Source: Candidatus Babelota bacterium
GTDB lineage: Bacteria; Babelota; Babeliae; Babelales; Vermiphilaceae
Reading direction: 5' to 3'
NCBI GenBank assembly: GCA_039809905.1
Contig: JBDHVY010000001.1
Coordinates: forward strand, 1-32,000
DNA length: 32,000 nt
Both the position numbers and the translations under genes were made by a program. Below, piece after piece: positions 30,776-32,000 of this stretch. How positions within the stretch are numbered: position 1 is the stretch's first letter; each line of letters begins with the position of its first letter. The notes below the pieces were generated by a model. It saw only the letters and a program-made list of their open reading frames with translations, ran no database searches and had not been told where the DNA came from.

Positions 30776-31549
30776 ATGGAACAAATTACTCAAAAAATTG
30801 ATGCTCAAACAGAATACATTGCACCAGAAAACAGCTTAGATCCACTTGGTGATGGTATCAGTTCAGTTGAATTAGTTCGCGTATCAGGATCTGATCTTGA
30901 TGTTGTTAATGCCGCGCGAGTTTCCTATGGTAAAGTCTCAACAGAAGTCTCTGAACGAGATAAAAAATTAATCAGTTTCTTAATGGAACATAATCATACA
31001 AGCCCATTTGAACATAATCAATTTTCATTTCGTATCAAAGCACCTATTTTTGTTGTACGCCAATGGATGCGTCATCGCATGAATTCTTATAATGAAATTA
31101 GTTACCGTTATGTAAAAGCAGCTCTTGAATTTTATGTTCCACCAAAATGGCGCTCACAAGATCTTAAAAATAAACAGGCCTCTATCGGCTCTTTTGATAA
31201 TGCTGAATTTACTGCAAAATTTAAAGAATCAATTGCTCAAAGCGTACAAACATATGAATATTTGCTTGAAAATAGTGTAGGCAGAGAAATTGCACGGAGC
31301 GTATTACCTCTGTGCACATATACAGAATTTATTTTTACCTGCAATTTACATTCACTCATGCATTTTTTAAAACTACGTTTACACGCAGGGGCACAATTTG
31401 AAATTCGGATGTACGCGCAAACATTGCTTAAACTTGCGCTACCCCATTTTCCAATTTCTTTGGGTGAATGGAAACGTATTCATGCTGCAGAATTAGAAAT
31501 TGAAGAAGATCTATTTACTAAAAACTTTACAGCAGCTGTTGAACAATAA
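30776..31549 (+). CDS. thyX: flavin-dependent thymidylate synthase ThyX
   Basis: The track ORF starts at 30695 and overlaps ftsW. ATG at 30776 (MEQITQ...) follows AAGG. RHRMNSYNEISYRY is the ThyX signature RHRxxSxxxxSxR. Confidence 0.93.
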   Translation: MEQITQKIDAQTEYIAPENSLDPLGDGISSVELVRVSGSDLDVVNAARVSYGKVSTEVSERDKKLISFLMEHNHTSPFEHNQFSFRIKAPIFVVRQWMRHRMNSYNEISYRYVKAALEFYVPPKWRSQDLKNKQASIGSFDNAEFTAKFKESIAQSVQTYEYLLENSVGREIARSVLPLCTYTEFIFTCNLHSLMHFLKLRLHAGAQFEIRMYAQTLLKLALPHFPISLGEWKRIHAAELEIEEDLFTKNFTAAVEQ

Positions 31550-31630
31550 AATAATTACTATTGATTTTGTTAAAAATAAAATAATAATCTGTGTTTTTGT
31601 AAGTGTTTTATTAAAACAAGGAGATTATCT

Positions 31631-32000
31631 ATGTCAGCAAAATCAACTGCAGCTACTGCCAAAAAAAAATCGAGCACAAAAAAAACTACTGCTAAGAAAA
31701 CTACTGCAAAAAAAACAGCTGTAAAAAAGAAAAGTGCTCCAAAAAAAGCTACCGCTAAAAAAGCTGTTGCTAAAAAAAAATCAGCTCCTGCAAAAAAAGC
31801 TGCTCCTAAGAAAAAAACAGTTAAAAAAGCAGTAGCAAAACGTAAGCCAGCAGCAAAAAAAGCTGCTCCTAAACGAAAAGTAGCAGCAAAAAAACCAAGT
31901 GCTGCTAAAACAACAAAAAAAAGCTCGGCTAAAAAGCCAAGTTCAGCTAAAAAATCAACACCCAAATATGGCCCAGCTGCAGGAAAAGAAGTAGAAAAAG
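31631..32000 (+). CDS. histone H1-like Lys/Ala-rich nucleoid protein (3' end outside window)
   Basis: Not in the track as such. ATG at 31631 follows AAGGAG. My translation MSAKSTAATAKKKSSTKKTTAKKTTAKKTAVKKKSAPKKATAKKAVAKKKSAPAKKAAPKKK...KSTPKYGPAAGKEVEK stays open to the window end. 45 of 123 residues are Lys by my count. The 131-aa minus-strand track ORF here is its antisense shadow. Confidence 0.8.
   Translation, partial: MSAKSTAATAKKKSSTKKTTAKKTTAKKTAVKKKSAPKKATAKKAVAKKKSAPAKKAAPKKKTVKKAVAKRKPAAKKAAPKRKVAAKKPSAAKTTKKSSAKKPSSAKKSTPKYGPAAGKEVEK

Noticed and set aside
31500-31965. Track ORFs 31570-31965 (-) (F/A/L-rich, 131 aa) and 31500-31724 (+)
   Set aside because: They are the antisense and off-frame shadows of the Lys/Ala-rich gene: AAA/GCT codons read as TTT/AGC on the opposite strand. 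The plus-frame ORF from 31631 has a consensus SD and a biologically known composition class.

Overview
AT-rich (about 30% GC by eye), densely coding bacterial chromosome segment. Most transcription units end in clean hairpin plus T-run terminators. The housekeeping backbone is ruvC, dnaB, rplI, argR, ileS, murD, ftsW and thyX. Interleaved with it are many ORFan or eukaryote-like proteins, nearly all with a short Sec-type leader. These are: a ~920-aa repeat-rich fibre ending in a phage tail-fibre intramolecular-chaperone (peptidase S74) module; an orphan minor-pseudopilin cluster; a G/Y-rich low-complexity protein; two tandem DIT1/PvcA (isonitrile-synthase family) paralogues whose promoter is overlapped by ARG-box-like operators next to argR; a BNR/Asp-box propeller; two F-box-like paralogues; an ankyrin-like protein; a tyrosine recombinase; a five-finger Krueppel-type C2H2 zinc-finger protein with TGEKP linkers and NLS-like repeats that abuts murD; and a histone-H1-like Lys/Ala-rich protein. 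Other signals: a recurrent leader-plus-Met junction in nine secreted proteins, a ~0.5-kb tandem duplication that left a relic of the ileS 3' end, and two isolated GC-rich structured elements in intergenic DNA. Content and composition fit an amoeba/protist-associated intracellular bacterium (Dependentiae/TM6-like), but that placement is inference only. No rRNA, tRNA, CRISPR array or transposase was recognised.
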